Of a DNA stretch of 64,000 bases, positions 1 to 13,039 are shown piece by piece. A program made the translations under genes and the position numbers. Under the pieces are notes generated by a model. It worked only from the letters and a program-made list of their open reading frames with translations, made no database searches and was not told where the DNA came from. The stretch's first letter is position 1; the number at the start of each line of letters is the position of its first letter. Origin of the DNA: Eukaryota sp. GEM-RC1 (taxonomy: Eukaryota); the NCBI GenBank assembly GCA_040285855.1, contig JAUFOQ010000016.1, positions 1,240,001 to 1,304,000 on the forward strand. The letters are read 5' to 3'.

Positions 1-617
1 GATTGGGTAGAACAGAGTGTGGTGGAAGAAAAACAGATGTGAAGTTACATGGACGACCAAAAAGTTTGCGTTTCTTAGTATATTCAAGAACAGAAGCAAA
101 GCCTAAAGAAAAGGACATGGAAAGAGGATCTACTAGTAGATAGGAGTTTTTCTCAGAAATGAAAAACGTTTTACCTTGATCAGTTTAGCATTAACAGCAT
201 TGCTACATCATGTACTATAATAATACAAAGTAGACCGTACATCCTTCTCACTGTACACGAGTTGTCACATCTCCAGTTAACATCATGTCCAAAATCATGT
301 TTCTTTCGATATTTGTAAAAACACAGTTCGATGACTTAAACACTTAATTGTTTTAATCAGTTTTTGTTGGATTTAAATATAGAGTAGGAGAAACCCTTGG
401 TCTTGTTGCCAAAGTTGTTTGAATATTTCTAAGTCGACTGTATCAAGTACCTGTATCACCAAGTTGTACAATGACTTCTTCCGCAAATTACGCATGTTCC
501 ACGCCCAGTTTCTTCGTGCTGCTCTTTCATTCAATTTCAAAATAGGAATAAAACAAAGTTGAATTTACTTTTTTTAATGGAATTTATGGCAAATTTAATG
601 AATTTAATACATGTAGT

Positions 618-900
618 CTAATACTCAATATCATCAAAGCAAGATTCCTTAGAATCGAACCTTGTTGAAGCTTTGTCTTCATAATGCACACTGACGGATA
701 ATAAAGAATTCGAAATCATTGTGGGAACTGCTTTTAGAATTGTAAAGACAATTCTGTTCTGCCAAAAAGAGTGGTCCAAAAAAATTGAATATACTAGTAA
801 GTGATTCTCGTAGATTGCTGAATCGCATACAGAAACAGATCTGGAGATCACAGGTTCGCAAACAACGTTTTAGAAATCGTTCAATTCAAACAACAAGTAG
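618..900 (-). pseudogene. Degenerate 3' fragment of an RLE-type non-LTR retrotransposon
   Basis: Translation FWQNRIVFTILKAVP resembles the C-terminus EWKNRIVFSIYRNMP of the element at 20.8-23.6 kb. Confidence 0.5.
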
Positions 901-1155
901 GACAATAGTTTCTTCTACTGTTATACCAGTAAGATCAGCTTAATTCAGCTGGCCGTCTATCAAAATTGAAAAAGGGTTCAACTCGACATTGTTTATTGTT
1001 CTAGATTTAATATCTGTTAATTTTAATGAATGAACACAATTTTTAAGTGCAAATAGCGTGTTCAAAAAGGTTTGACTATTCTTTCTTTCTTGAAGTTTTT
1101 GGAACAATATTCCAATTATGGATAAATCACTGGAAAAAACTCAACAAACAATAAA

Positions 1156-2842
1156 CTAAAAGAAAATCCAAAGCACAAACACCAAGACCACGAATAAAAA
1201 CACTCTAAAATCCGCAATAACACGGATCCGCTGCATACTCTCCGCAACTTCCTCCCCTCTTCTCCTCTCAATCATTCGTAAGAACCAAACAACTAAATAA
1301 ACGACTGCACTGATCTCATTCCTCCTTATTGGTCTCTCATACTGCTTCCCCACCACTCTAACTGACTCAGGAGGACAATAACCCTCTCCAGTAACAGCCT
1401 GGGCATAACCACGTTCAGTAAGGACACTACTAGACCTCATCTCAGCACTGGTTTCATGAAGAGAAGGAAGGAGTTCAGAAGCATCACTCTCTGGAGAAGG
1501 AATATTAAAAACTTTACAAAAAATGTCAATACACTGACGACTTTTTCTGTACAATCGTAGTCGCTGCTGATATTCCTCATGGTTATCTGAAATAGGCAAC
1601 CAACGTAGAAAGAAAGAGACCTTGTTAGGCTCGACAGGTCGACTCATTAGTGATAAATTAGAAATGATTGATTGAGCTCCAGTAATCAAACCCTGACTCT
1701 TAAAAAGTAAACTCGGGATCATACTTAAGTCTATCAAATTCAAACTCTAAATTCCTACAGGTCCATGATATCAGTCCGACCGTTGTGGTATCCCCATTGA
1801 AGGCCAATGCTTCAGATCCAGGTCTTCTCAATGGAGAAAGATACATTGGAGAGTCTAAAGGACGGTGAGAGACAAAAGAAGATGTTGAAACTGATGAAAC
1901 AAAATCCTTAAAAACAGGGTTGAATGTGGCAAGTAGAGAACACGTGGTGAGGGCAGAGGATTGATTGAAGAATCGAGCATTGCTTTTGATTAATTTGATT
2001 ATTGGGTGAATGTATAATAAATAATTGATTGAGACCCATTCCTTGTCAGTCAGACCTGTGCAATAGTTTTTGATTAGAGAAAGGTCTCCTAAACTCGTGA
2101 CTGATTGGAAATGGTCAAAAGACGACGTTGAAGAGCTAGGAATTTCATTGACCTTTTTAAAATTTCAATTTGCTTTGATTTCTTCTGAAATGCGTTAAAA
2201 ATGAAACAAAGAGAGCTGTGAGATAGAACTCTAGAAGATTTGTCATTGATGATTGATTTTTCAAGAGAAATGAATAGAAATAGATGGTAAAACAGTGACG
2301 TTGGTAAACCATCATCAGTTTCAGAGAAGTTCAACCATGATTGACAAAGTTTGGAAAAGATCTTGCAACGAGATGAAGACATACTGGATCTTGGGCGAGC
2401 TATCAACAGAGGAATAGCAAAAGCAAGGAAATCTAATGGTGTAAAAGATAGAGTGTGTAAGTTTTGTTGTGCTTTTGACATGATTAACTGAATAAGAGGA
2501 CCGTTACTTCTGTCTGATGTAGATGTTGCAGGGGCAGATAGCAAGGGTAGAAGGAAAGGAGGTATCATGGACATGGGGATTGAGCACCGAAAGTCAGAAT
2601 TGTTTGATAGTAAATCGGCTGCTTTGTAGAGATAGCCTTTGCTGTAAAAAGAGAAGGGAGGAACATGTGGTTGCTGACTGTGTGCTTGAAAAGAAGATGG
2701 GATCATACCCTATCCCGAGAATTTGGTTTGAAAGGGACTGAAATATGGTAAACAGGGAGTGAAAGTCATGAGTAAGAGAGGCTTTCTCCAGAGCCTTCTT
2801 CAGCTTAGACTTGTCTCGGAGAAGTTTCTCTTGAGTCAACAT
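1156..2842 (-). CDS. SMPD4: SMPD4/neutral sphingomyelinase 3-like protein, split over several frames
   Basis: LSFTPLDFLAF, LTERGYAQ..ERPIRRNE and a C-terminal TM helix (IRVIADFRVFLFVVLVFVLWIFF) resemble SMPD4; joins ORFs 2594-2878, 2089-2706 and 1156-1743. Confidence 0.6.
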
Positions 2843-3030
2843 TTGTAATTGAAAATTTGAAGATCTTGAAAGTTTCAATCTGAAACCATTGTTTTTCTTT
2901 TGTGGTCAATTAACTCTTAAAGGAAAGGCCAATGTTACTATCACTTCTTTGAAGAAATACAAATTTCTTGCATGTAAAATCCAATTTAAAAAACGAAAAA
3001 TAACTGTTTATAATACTCAAATAAATACAT

Positions 3031-6000
3031 CTAAAGTAAATTGTCGTCACCGGATCTTAACAAAGCATGCTCCAAATCACTCAAATCAGAAGGATTGGAG
3101 ATACCCATGGAAGTGGTAGACTTGATATAGTAATAAACACGTTGACCAATAACTCCCAGAGCACCTGCGCAAAGAGCCAAAATAAGATACATCCAAATAG
3201 GATTACCAATGAGATCCTTACATTCAGGTCCAAAATAACCAGAAGCACAGAAGTTACATCTAGCTCCGGCCCAGAATCCTCGAACATTGTTGTTGAAGCA
3301 CTCGCATTGGTCATCATTACAAACACCGTTTCCGTTACAAAGCATTTCAGAAGAACAAATAGGAGTTTTACATTCAGATCCCTTATACAAAGGATGGCAC
3401 TCATCACAATGACGGCCAGCCCAGTACCCATTCTTAGAATCTTCAAAACAAATACAGGAACCATTGAGACGACACTCACCATTGTTAGAACAAGTGGTGT
3501 CTGCATCACAATTGTAGATAGCTTCAGCTTCAATAACAAAAGGACAAGCAGATGTCGTGCCTTCAACAGCAAAGTACATTCTTCCAGCAAGCAAATCTTC
3601 CTCTCCAATAGAAACAAACTGAATTCCCTTGCCTCCATGTTCAGCGTTGTACTCCAGTGGGATGATGGTACTGATTAGAAGCAAATAGGGAAAGTCCAGA
3701 AACACAAGACTCAAACTCCTTAGAGAAAGGTTTAAGTGTAGCATTCAAGGAAACCATTCTTTCGTAAACTGGATCAGTAATTCTGTAGTTGAAGTACTTC
3801 TTCTCATTCAACATAACAGAAGAAGTAAAAGGAACTCTATCGGGAACATGGATAGAAGACATCAAGGAAAGAATGTAGAAGGAAGAACGTGAGTATCCGT
3901 TTACTGATACTAAGAAACTTCCTGAAACCGCACCCTTTTCTCCAGGTTGATCGTCATGCAACATCTCAATGTAAACAGGCTCAGTGCTACCAGAGGTCAT
4001 GTCTACACTGTAGTCATAACGAGAGGCTGAGGGTAGACCAACAGAAGAGACGTAGACTGAAACAAGGGAGGTGTTGGGAGCAAATGAAGGGGAATAGACC
4101 TGGATTCTTAACCAATGGTCAGAGTCAGATCCATCACTAGTAAAGAGATAGATCTGTTCAGGCATAGAAGGAGTTAGATCTCCCCAAAGGTACATTCCAC
4201 TGATTAAAGGAGAAACAAGAGCAACATAAAGCTCAAAGGGATCAGGGGTGCCATGAACAGTGGCAGTGTGAACGAGGGAAAAGTACCAGGTTAGTTGGTT
4301 GTCATACCCATAGTCCTCAACATCAGCCAAGAGAGTTTGACCAGGGGGAATAAGGTGATCGTGGCTTTGTTCAGTAGGATCACTCCAAAACTCTGAAACG
4401 AAGCACTTTAAGGGAGCTTCGGACTCCAAGGAAACGATTAGCTTGGCTCCAGCACTGGATCTGGTAGAGGGGGCAGCGAAGAAGAAGCGTTGGCGGTCTT
4501 TTGGTGCAATGAAGCCAACATTACGTTGATTGGAAGCAATAGGAGACATTTGCTGAGTGAAAGCTCTAATGGAGAAAGAGGAGGTAGCCAAACCACGAAC
4601 TCCAATGTAAACATAAGACTTACCCTTAAGATCTTCCTTGGGGATGACCAACTCCTTGACAGTACGGGAAGTGGTACTGGCTCTGTATGAGTGAGTCCAA
4701 GAAAGAGAAGAAGGAAGTTTATGGTTGAGATCAGCAAACACCTCAACAGCGGTGGAACTGTCAGAAGTGGCAGTGATGACGTGATCGGTGTCTTGGTTTT
4801 GGATAACCAATCTAAAGAAGACTGATTGTTGAGCTTCAATGTTAGATGCAATGGTTCTATCAGTGGTTAAACGATGAACGAAGTTGATCATTACTGGAAG
4901 ACTAGCGTGAGCATAGTCAGTGGGAGGAGATGTAATGGCAGTGTAGAAGTGCATGGCATCACCAGTCCAGAAAGAAGATTCATAATACAACAAACCATCA
5001 ACAGACTCAGCATCACTAGACTCCTCAGAGGGAAGCATTTGATAACGAGATCCGTACATCTTCAATCCAGAGAGTTGACTGGGGGTAAGAGAACCTGAAC
5101 ACCAACAGCAACGGCTTGACTTCTGAGCTCACGTGACATGACGAAGTACGTAGGGGTGATTGTTTCATTGGATTCGGAAGGAACGGGTAAGGAAGTGGTG
5201 AAACCAGGTAGAACAACGTGATGGGTTTGGGTGAGGTGAAGAGCGAATCGTACGGATTGATTAGGCATGGTAATAGTAGGAGCAACTCCAATGAAGACCT
5301 TCTCTACGTCTAAATGAAGAGAGGGGATTGAGATGATTCCTCCCTTTTCTAGGTAGGACACGTCATCATACTCAATGGCATCAGGATGGGGGTTCTCTTC
5401 GTTGAAAGAAACGTAGAAGAAGGAGGATTCCAGACGCCAATCCTCGGATGAGATTGCGGAGATGGGAAGGTCAGAGTCCTTCTTAACAGGGGAGTTCGAA
5501 GTGGGCGTAACAACCACGGGAGAGTTCACCGGTGAGGAGATCAAACTCCTTGACAACGCGTTTGGAGGGAACGGAAGCAGTGATGGAGAATCTGGTGGTG
5601 CCTGACACGTGGACAGCGAAGAACAAGGGGGATTTCTTGCTAACGGGGATGGAGGTGGTGAGTTCCTGTCCAGATACATCTTTCTTGGGGTCAGAGGAAG
5701 TAGGGCGGCCGTTGGTTTGGGAGTAGTGAACCTTAGTGACGCTTCCAGAGTGGACAGAAATCTTGAGAGAAATATCATCATCCGTAAAACAAACAGGGAT
5801 GTAATAGTAGGAGGTGGAAGAAGAACCACTGGTCAGAGTAGTAGGTCTGTCAGAACGAAGAGGAACAGCAGAAGTAGCGGTGATAGTGAAGGCATTAGAT
5901 GATCCTGAAGTAATCTCGACAGTGGGAACAACAGAGATGAAAAGTCTTCCATGACCCCATGTTGAAGGTGCTACAGTAACGAGATTAATACCACTAAAGG

Positions 6001-6223
6001 TGGCATTCCAAGAAGCGGGATACTGTTCCATTCCAACGTAAATGGACACAGGCTCTGAGAACTCAGCCCATATGACCGTTTCTTCATCGAAATTAGTATC
6101 AATGTAGAAGAAGACTGGAGTTCTTCCGGTTGGAAACCTTGAATCGAGCGCGATGTTTGACTCTAACTTCTTATGACTAGCAAGCGCTAATAACGCCAGA
6201 GACAGCAGTATAAGAAGACGCAT
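3031..6223 (-). CDS. ~1060-aa type I membrane protein: signal peptide, large luminal domain, EGF/laminin-EGF repeats, TM helix, short tail
   Basis: MRLLILLSLALLALA signal; CSNNGEC..CIC..GYWAG..CDEC repeats; TM WMYLILALCAGALGVIG. Four consecutive ORFs join at frame breaks near 5490, 5090 and 3655. Confidence 0.75.
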
Positions 6224-6276
6224 TTTACCCAATTTAAGTCACAATTCTTCCACTCCCCAGTCAATGTGCTCGATCA

Positions 6277-9200
6277 ATGACTGTCTCTAACAATGTCCTG
6301 AAAATCCAGAATCCCTTCTTTTCCAGTTCAGCAATTTCTATAGCTGGCTTTGAAACTGCTTTTCCCTATGAAACTCCTTATCCTACTCAAATTGACTTCA
6401 TGAAAAAGGTTTATCAAGCTATACATCACAGTGATAATGCCATTCTAGAATCTCCCACTGGTTGTGGTAAAACAGCATGTCTTCTGTCCACCACACTGAG
6501 TTATGCTCTCCATCATCGAAGTTTGGCGACTGTAGAAGGGCATGAAAACATCAAAATAATCTATGCATCGAGAACCCATTCACAGCTATCACAAGTTGCT
6601 TCTGAACTTACTAAACTTCCTTTTCTTGTACCTCCTTCTGTAGCTATGCTAGCTGGTAGAGATCGATACTGTCTCAATGAATATGTTCGAAAACAGCCTG
6701 GTAATGCTCAAGGAGCCCTGTGTCATCGTAACATTAAGGCTTGTGCGTATTCTCAAGTTTCAGAATGTACAAGAAAGTTCACTACTTCTGACATTGAAGA
6801 CTTTATGGGTTTCTGTGTAAATGCCTGTATTTGCCCTTACCTTTACTCCAAAGACTTAGCCAAGACTGCTGATATCGTCCTTATGCCCTACAACTACTTG
6901 CTCTCCTCAGCTTCACGTAAGGCTCTTGGGTTCTCCCTCAACAACTCTATCGTGATCCTAGATGAGGCCCATAACATTGCAGAAGCAGCCTCCGAGCAGA
7001 TGTCTATTGACCTATCAGCTCTAGGTTTAACAGCAGCCATTAGTGAGATTGAAGCAGTGATGGCGACTATTGAGTCTGGAGCTTCAATGGAAGGGATGGA
7101 TGGTGCTGACTTCAAGGAACAGACTCAACGTGCTAATCTTAAACAATTGTATGATCGACTATTGTTTCTGAAGAAGATGTGTTTGCAGTTATGTGAGATG
7201 ATTGACCAGCTGGCCAGTGAGATTGAAGTTGGCAAGTCTTTTTCAGATTTCCCCGGGACTGATATTATTCAAATATTTGCAAAAATTGGAATTAAAACCC
7301 CCGCACACGCTATAGCCTACGAGTCAACAATCCACACTATTCTCCTCAAATATCTCTCTCAATCAGTCTCACGTAACAGTAAGGGAACTATCTTCCTTCA
7401 ACGTCTGTCCTCTCTCCTAGTGGCTGTCTATGGTAATGGGACAAGGACTCTAACAGATCTGTTTAGATTGGTTGTTAGTAGAGGGAAGACTATCAGCGGA
7501 GCAGCAATGCATAACGATGACTCTGTTCTTTCCTATTGGTGTTTCAGTGGCAGTGTTGTTATGAGATCACTGTACCAAGCTGAGAACAACAAACCACGAT
7601 CCATTCTACTAGCCTCTGGAACTCTGTCTCCTTTACCTGCTTTAAAATGTGAGCTGGGAATTCCCTTTGGGGTTGAGTTTCAGGGTGAGCATATAGTGGA
7701 TCCTAAGAGAGTGTTGGTGTTAGTGGTAGACCGGGGTCCTGAGGGGGTTCTGTTGGACTCTTCTTATAAGAATAGAAAGAATGCACGTTATGTTCGTGAT
7801 TTGGGAACTTCCATCCTTAACTTCTCTTCTATTAATCCTGATGGTTCAATGATCTTCTTCCCTTCCTTCTCTTACATGGAGCATTGTTGGGAGTATTGGA
7901 ACAAAGAGGAGATAGGCCAAGCTCTGCAGGATAGACTAGAGTTGTTCTTTGAACGAGAGATTAAGGGAGTTGGGGAAGAAAGTCATGATGGGAAGGTTGA
8001 TCATAATGAAGTTCTTCAAAATTTTAAAAATTCTGTTACTCAAGAGAAACACGCTCTTCTCTTTGGCGTCTGTAGAGGTAAGGCTTCTGAAGGACTTGAC
8101 TTCAAAGATCGTGTAGGTAGATTGGTGATGATCCCTGGTATTCCCTATCCTCAGCTCTATGATCCTAGGGTGGTGCTCAAGAGACAGTATCTGGATGAGA
8201 ACAAGAAGAATCACCAGCAGAAGAATGTCAACCCCAATTTGATACTAAGTCAGGGTCAGTTTTCAAATATTTCAAATATTTCGGGACAGGAGTGGTACAT
8301 CCAATCAGCAATGAGAGCAGTCAATCAGGCTGTTGGTCGAATCATCAGACACGAGCATGATTATGGAGTGATTTGTTTGATGGACAGTCGATTTAAATCA
8401 CTCGCTGGATACCTTCCTAAATGGTTATCTAAACGTGTTACTGTTTGTAAACACTTTGGTGATGCCGTTAAGCATTTGTCTGGGTTTTATAAGGAGTTTG
8501 CTGATGAAAGGACGTCGTTGCTTGAGATTGAAAAGAAATCCCTTCAAAAACAACAGGATCTTGCAGATCAAGAGATCTTTAATCCATTGGGACCTCATCA
8601 AGAACTTCCGAATAGTGGAATTCAAGGGAATTCTCGTGGTGGAAACGTGGCAGTTCACAAGTCACTGAACCAACACGTGGTAACTGCCGTTGACAAGGAG
8701 CAGTTAGATTCTTCATTGTCAAGTATCTGCTCTAAATTCGGTGGGAATAAGCCAAAGGATTTTGAACATGTCAATATTAATGACTACACTCCTGCCCAAA
8801 CACTTGCCAATCAAGTCAGCAATCAATCGTTCTCTTCTCCCACTCAATCACAGGAACTGCCACGCTATAGGAGTGTCGGTCTGAAGAGCTCTTTTCTGAG
8901 CAAGTCAAGAGAAGTCAAAAGACCGAAGCTTGATGATGACGTCAAGTCACGTCAGGAAGAAGTCCAGGCTAAGATAGCCTCCGTGTTGAGTACAGATCAA
9001 CAGAAAGAATTACAGGGAGTCGTCAAGGAGTTTGTCCAAGGTATACATACTGTTCCTGCTTTTGTTTCCTTGATGTTTCATTATCTTAAGAACGCTGATT
9101 TAGTTGAGAATCTTGGGAACTTGTTACCACCAAAAAAGAAAAGCATTGTACTTTGAAGAATGTGAAAGAATTAAGTCAGGGAAAGTGGAAGAAGTGATTA

Positions 9201-9433
9201 ATGAGGGTCGTCAGTTATTAACTGGAGACCGATTGTTTTTGTTTGTTTCTAGTGTTCGACAATCACATCTTAAGGATTTTTGTATCTTTAATTTTTCTCA
9301 ACAGTTTATCTCGTATTTTGTTGGTAGTTTTGATACTCAAGTGGTTCATGATTTAGCTATGCGAATTGGCTCCATATTGAACGAAGATCGACGAAATGTG
9401 TTTTTGTCAAAAATTAAAAAAGCAGGAGTATGA
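6277..9433 (+). CDS. RTEL1: RTEL1/FANCJ-family Fe-S DEAH helicase (XPD family)
   Basis: ESPTGCGKT, YASRTHSQL, ILDEAHN, SGTLSP, GKASEGLDF, RAVNQAVGRIIRH; frame break in the A-run at ~9132 continues into ORF 9104-9433. Confidence 0.85.
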
Positions 9434-9790
9434 ATAGTAAAAACCTAACCTGACTAAGTGATGTCGGTGGTGTTTTATTGTTAGTTTTTATTAGTTTGTC
9501 GGGTAACTCTTAGGCTGTCTGGTCGTTGTTCCATATGTGTATGTTTTCAGGTAAGTAGATATTCTCCTCAGTTGAGTTTCAGATATTCATTGTCACGTGC
9601 ATGTTTTTTCAAAATATAATTTATTAAACCAGTTTGTACTCAATTTATGATAACAGAGATCTAGATGATCTATTTTTGTATATTGTATAGTCAAAGATGT
9701 TGATAACATCTGTTGAAAAATGGACAGTGTTCAAATTCAACCATTTCCCTGCATTTCTTTCCTACATTCTTCCCTCACAAATTTCTACAC

Positions 9791-11066
9791 ATGGCATCTC
9801 GATCTGTTCGCAAAGCGTACGTCTTATCTTTACATCTTATCTTTGTGCTCAAGTTCAAAATGTTGACGATGTTGATGAAATAGATGAAGTTGATGAAGCC
9901 CCTTGCTTTGGAAACCATAGACAGACTCACAGAAGCAGGCATATCATCCACGGATGTAAAGAAACTGAAAGAAGCTGGGTTCTATACCGTAAAAGCTGTC
10001 ATCATGCACACCAAGAAAGTATATTCATCACAATTCTCTTATGATAGGATCTATGTGCAGTACGAGGTCTTAGTGAAGCTAAAGTTGAAAAGATATTAGA
10101 AGCTGCTGGCAAACTTGTCTTCAGTGGCTTTGCTTCTGGAAGAGAAGTCGCCTCTCGTCGAGCTAACATTATCAAAATCAGTACAGGTTCAAGTGAATTT
10201 GATACCCTTCTTGGAGGAGGTATCGAGACCATGTCCATTACTGAAGTTTTTGGAGAATTTAGAACTGGTATGTGGCCATTGTTGTTTATCCTAGGAAAAA
10301 CCCAAATTTGTCACACACTATGTGTTACGACTCAGCTACCAAGAACTATGGGAGGAGCTCAAGGAAGAGTAGCATATATTGATACTGAAGGTACATTTAG
10401 ACCTGGTTTGTTTTGAAGTGTCTTCTCACAACAGAAAGAATTGAACCGATTGCTGAAAGATTTGGACTTGATGTAGATACAACATTGGACAATATTATAT
10501 ATGCTCGAGCATATACTCATGAACATCAAGTATGTCCATAATTATCATTAATCAAAGATGTCGCTTCTGGGTCAAATCGCTGAAAAGATGGCTGAAGATA
10601 ACTTCTCTTTGTTAATTATCGATTCTATAACAGCATTGTTCAGGGTAGATTTCTCAGGACGAGGGGAACTAGCAGAAAGACAACAGAAACTGGCTCAAAT
10701 GCTGAGTAAACTGGTTAAGGTTGCAGAAGATTACAAGTGTGTTTTAATTCAATGTGTTTTAATTTCAGTGTCGCTGTTTTTATTACCAACCGTGTGTTTC
10801 ACAAGCCGAACTAATCTCAGAGGTTATTGCTGATCCGGGTGCAGCAGCCATGTTTGTTGCCGATCCAAAAAAGGTATTGTGTTTGATTATACTAATATTA
10901 GCCTGCAGGAGGACATGTTTTAGCTCATGCATCAACATGTAGAATTTCTCTGAGGAAGGGTAGGGGTGATCAACGTATTGCTAAAATCTACGATTCACCA
11001 AGTCTTCCAGAAGCAGAAGCTACTTACTCTATTACTAATGGAGGTATTGTTGATGCAGATGGATAG
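9791..11066 (+). CDS. DMC1: Meiotic recombinase DMC1 with 8 tiny introns
   Basis: Spliced product contains [55 protein letters not shown] introns at 10019-10047, 10268-10294, 10406-10434, 10530-10557, 10737-10768, 10792-10820, 10874-10901, plus probable 9817-9845. Confidence 0.92.
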
Positions 11067-11363
11067 AAGCTGGCTTCTTGTGATTTATTTAAACGTATGA
11101 TTTGTATATCAAACACTAGCACCATGAAAGTGAAGTCTGTCATTTCTCAAAGAATTCTCGTAATTTTCACAGTATTTAATGGAATTTACAATTGTAAGAA
11201 ATGAATAAAGATTTTTTGATACATTGAGAACAACTTCGTGTACTATTGTAGCGAATCTCTATTCAGTCATGACTAAGAACTACAGTGATGTTGACATTTG
11301 AACATAATTTGGCTTTCACAATCTCCTGATAGCAGATGCTATAACTTGTAAATCACTACGACC

Positions 11364-12633
11364 ATGTTCTTCGGTGTAGTCAAGCAATCTCTTGATAACC
11401 AGCAAAAAAGACATCCACAAGATGCTCTGTCTATCCTTGTTGCATTACTTCATGAACAATTAACTCTTCCTGACTATGAAGGAGCTTCTAAAACTCTATC
11501 AACTCTACTCCATAATCCTCTAGCCGTGGAAAAATTCGATATCCTTTATCTCTGTGTCAAAACTGCTCTCCATCTCTTCCGTCTATCACATAGTACATTT
11601 ACTTCAATTGAACAATTCTTCACTTCCATTCTCCAATACGTTGAAATCTCTCCCAACAAAGCACGTGATAAAATCAGCATACGCCGTTTCCTCATCCATG
11701 AACTTGCCCTCTTCCTTCTTGGAAACTAAAGGCCCTTACGATGCTCTCTGCTTCTACCGTAGCAACTCCTCGGATACCGTCTTTGATTCGACTGTTTTCC
11801 CTCTCAAAGGTTTCTATGGACTCACTGCTACCTGGGTCCTTGTCTCTCATCGTGATCAGCCCTTCCTTTCAGAGATGGAGGTAACTAGAGTGAAACAAGA
11901 AGCTCAATCTAATCTCAATTCTGCCATAAAGTCGTGTCCTGACTGTCATCAGTTCGTGGAAGCCGCTGCTTGGATTGCAAATGACGTTGATGATGACCAA
12001 CCTTTTGATGAATCCAGGGTGGCCCAATTAGTTACAATGTTGGCAGACTCCGCCCCTCAAAATCCTTCCACTTGGCGTTTCTGTATGAACAATGTTCCTT
12101 TGAATGATCCTTATTACGTGTCAGTGATTGGCAATCTGATTGACTGTGATCCAGTGGCAGTTGATGCCCTTGCAATCGCTGTAGGAGTCGCTGTGTCCTC
12201 CAACGATACTTCTGCAGTGGTGAATGTATTAGACAGAGTTTCTGAAGCAATTTCCTTCACTTTAGATTTATACGGTAGTCAAGACTCCTCGTTAATCTGG
12301 GAATTAATGTTGAAGCTGTTGAAGACATTGGTTAGCATGGAAGTAAGTCTAGAAGAGTTTAGAGTGAATAACAGGTGGTGGGTTAATCATTTCTTTAGAT
12401 CTCTTAATTATGAGCGTCGTTTGTTTAATACTGACACTCCGACTGTATTAAAATTTAGGTATTTCGTGTTCCAACTCTTATTTCCTAACCTTAAAACTCA
12501 ACTCAAGAGGTTTGGTACTTTTGTTGATGAATTTGTTCCATTGGAGGAATCACTGGAGTCGTCATCAGAGTTGTCTGAAGAAGTTTCAACAGAGGTAGGT
12601 TCAAGTACTGATGAAGAGGGTTATAGTAGTTGA
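11364..12633 (+). CDS. Hypothetical helical protein with acidic tail
   Basis: ORFs 11364-11729 and 11554-12633 join with one extra base at ~11720. Confidence 0.55.
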
Positions 12634-13039
12634 CCAGTGAAGAAGATATTTTCAACACTATTTAAGTTACTTTGGTTTTTTGAATGGTAATTGTTTCTTT
12701 CGTCTAGTTTGTGTTCTTTTGCTTGTGGTTATTTTTTGTTGTTGATTTGTCTGCTGGGCTTTTTTGAGCTTTACTATGATTTGATTTGCATCTTGCCATT
12801 CTTGATTTGACAAGTACAATATTAGTATCCTTTTTAGATCATGAGTACTGGATTTTTGTCTATTCAGTCATCAAATATAATTAAAGTTCGATATCTTTTA
12901 AAGAAGAAAAACCGTCAGAAAATACTTGAAAACCCCAATTTTGAATTTCTGATAGTGGTAAGGATACCAATCAAAAATTCCTACCGTACTAAATGATGTG
13001 TTTAAAAAAATTCAATTAGAGACTATCTCACGTTTAAAG

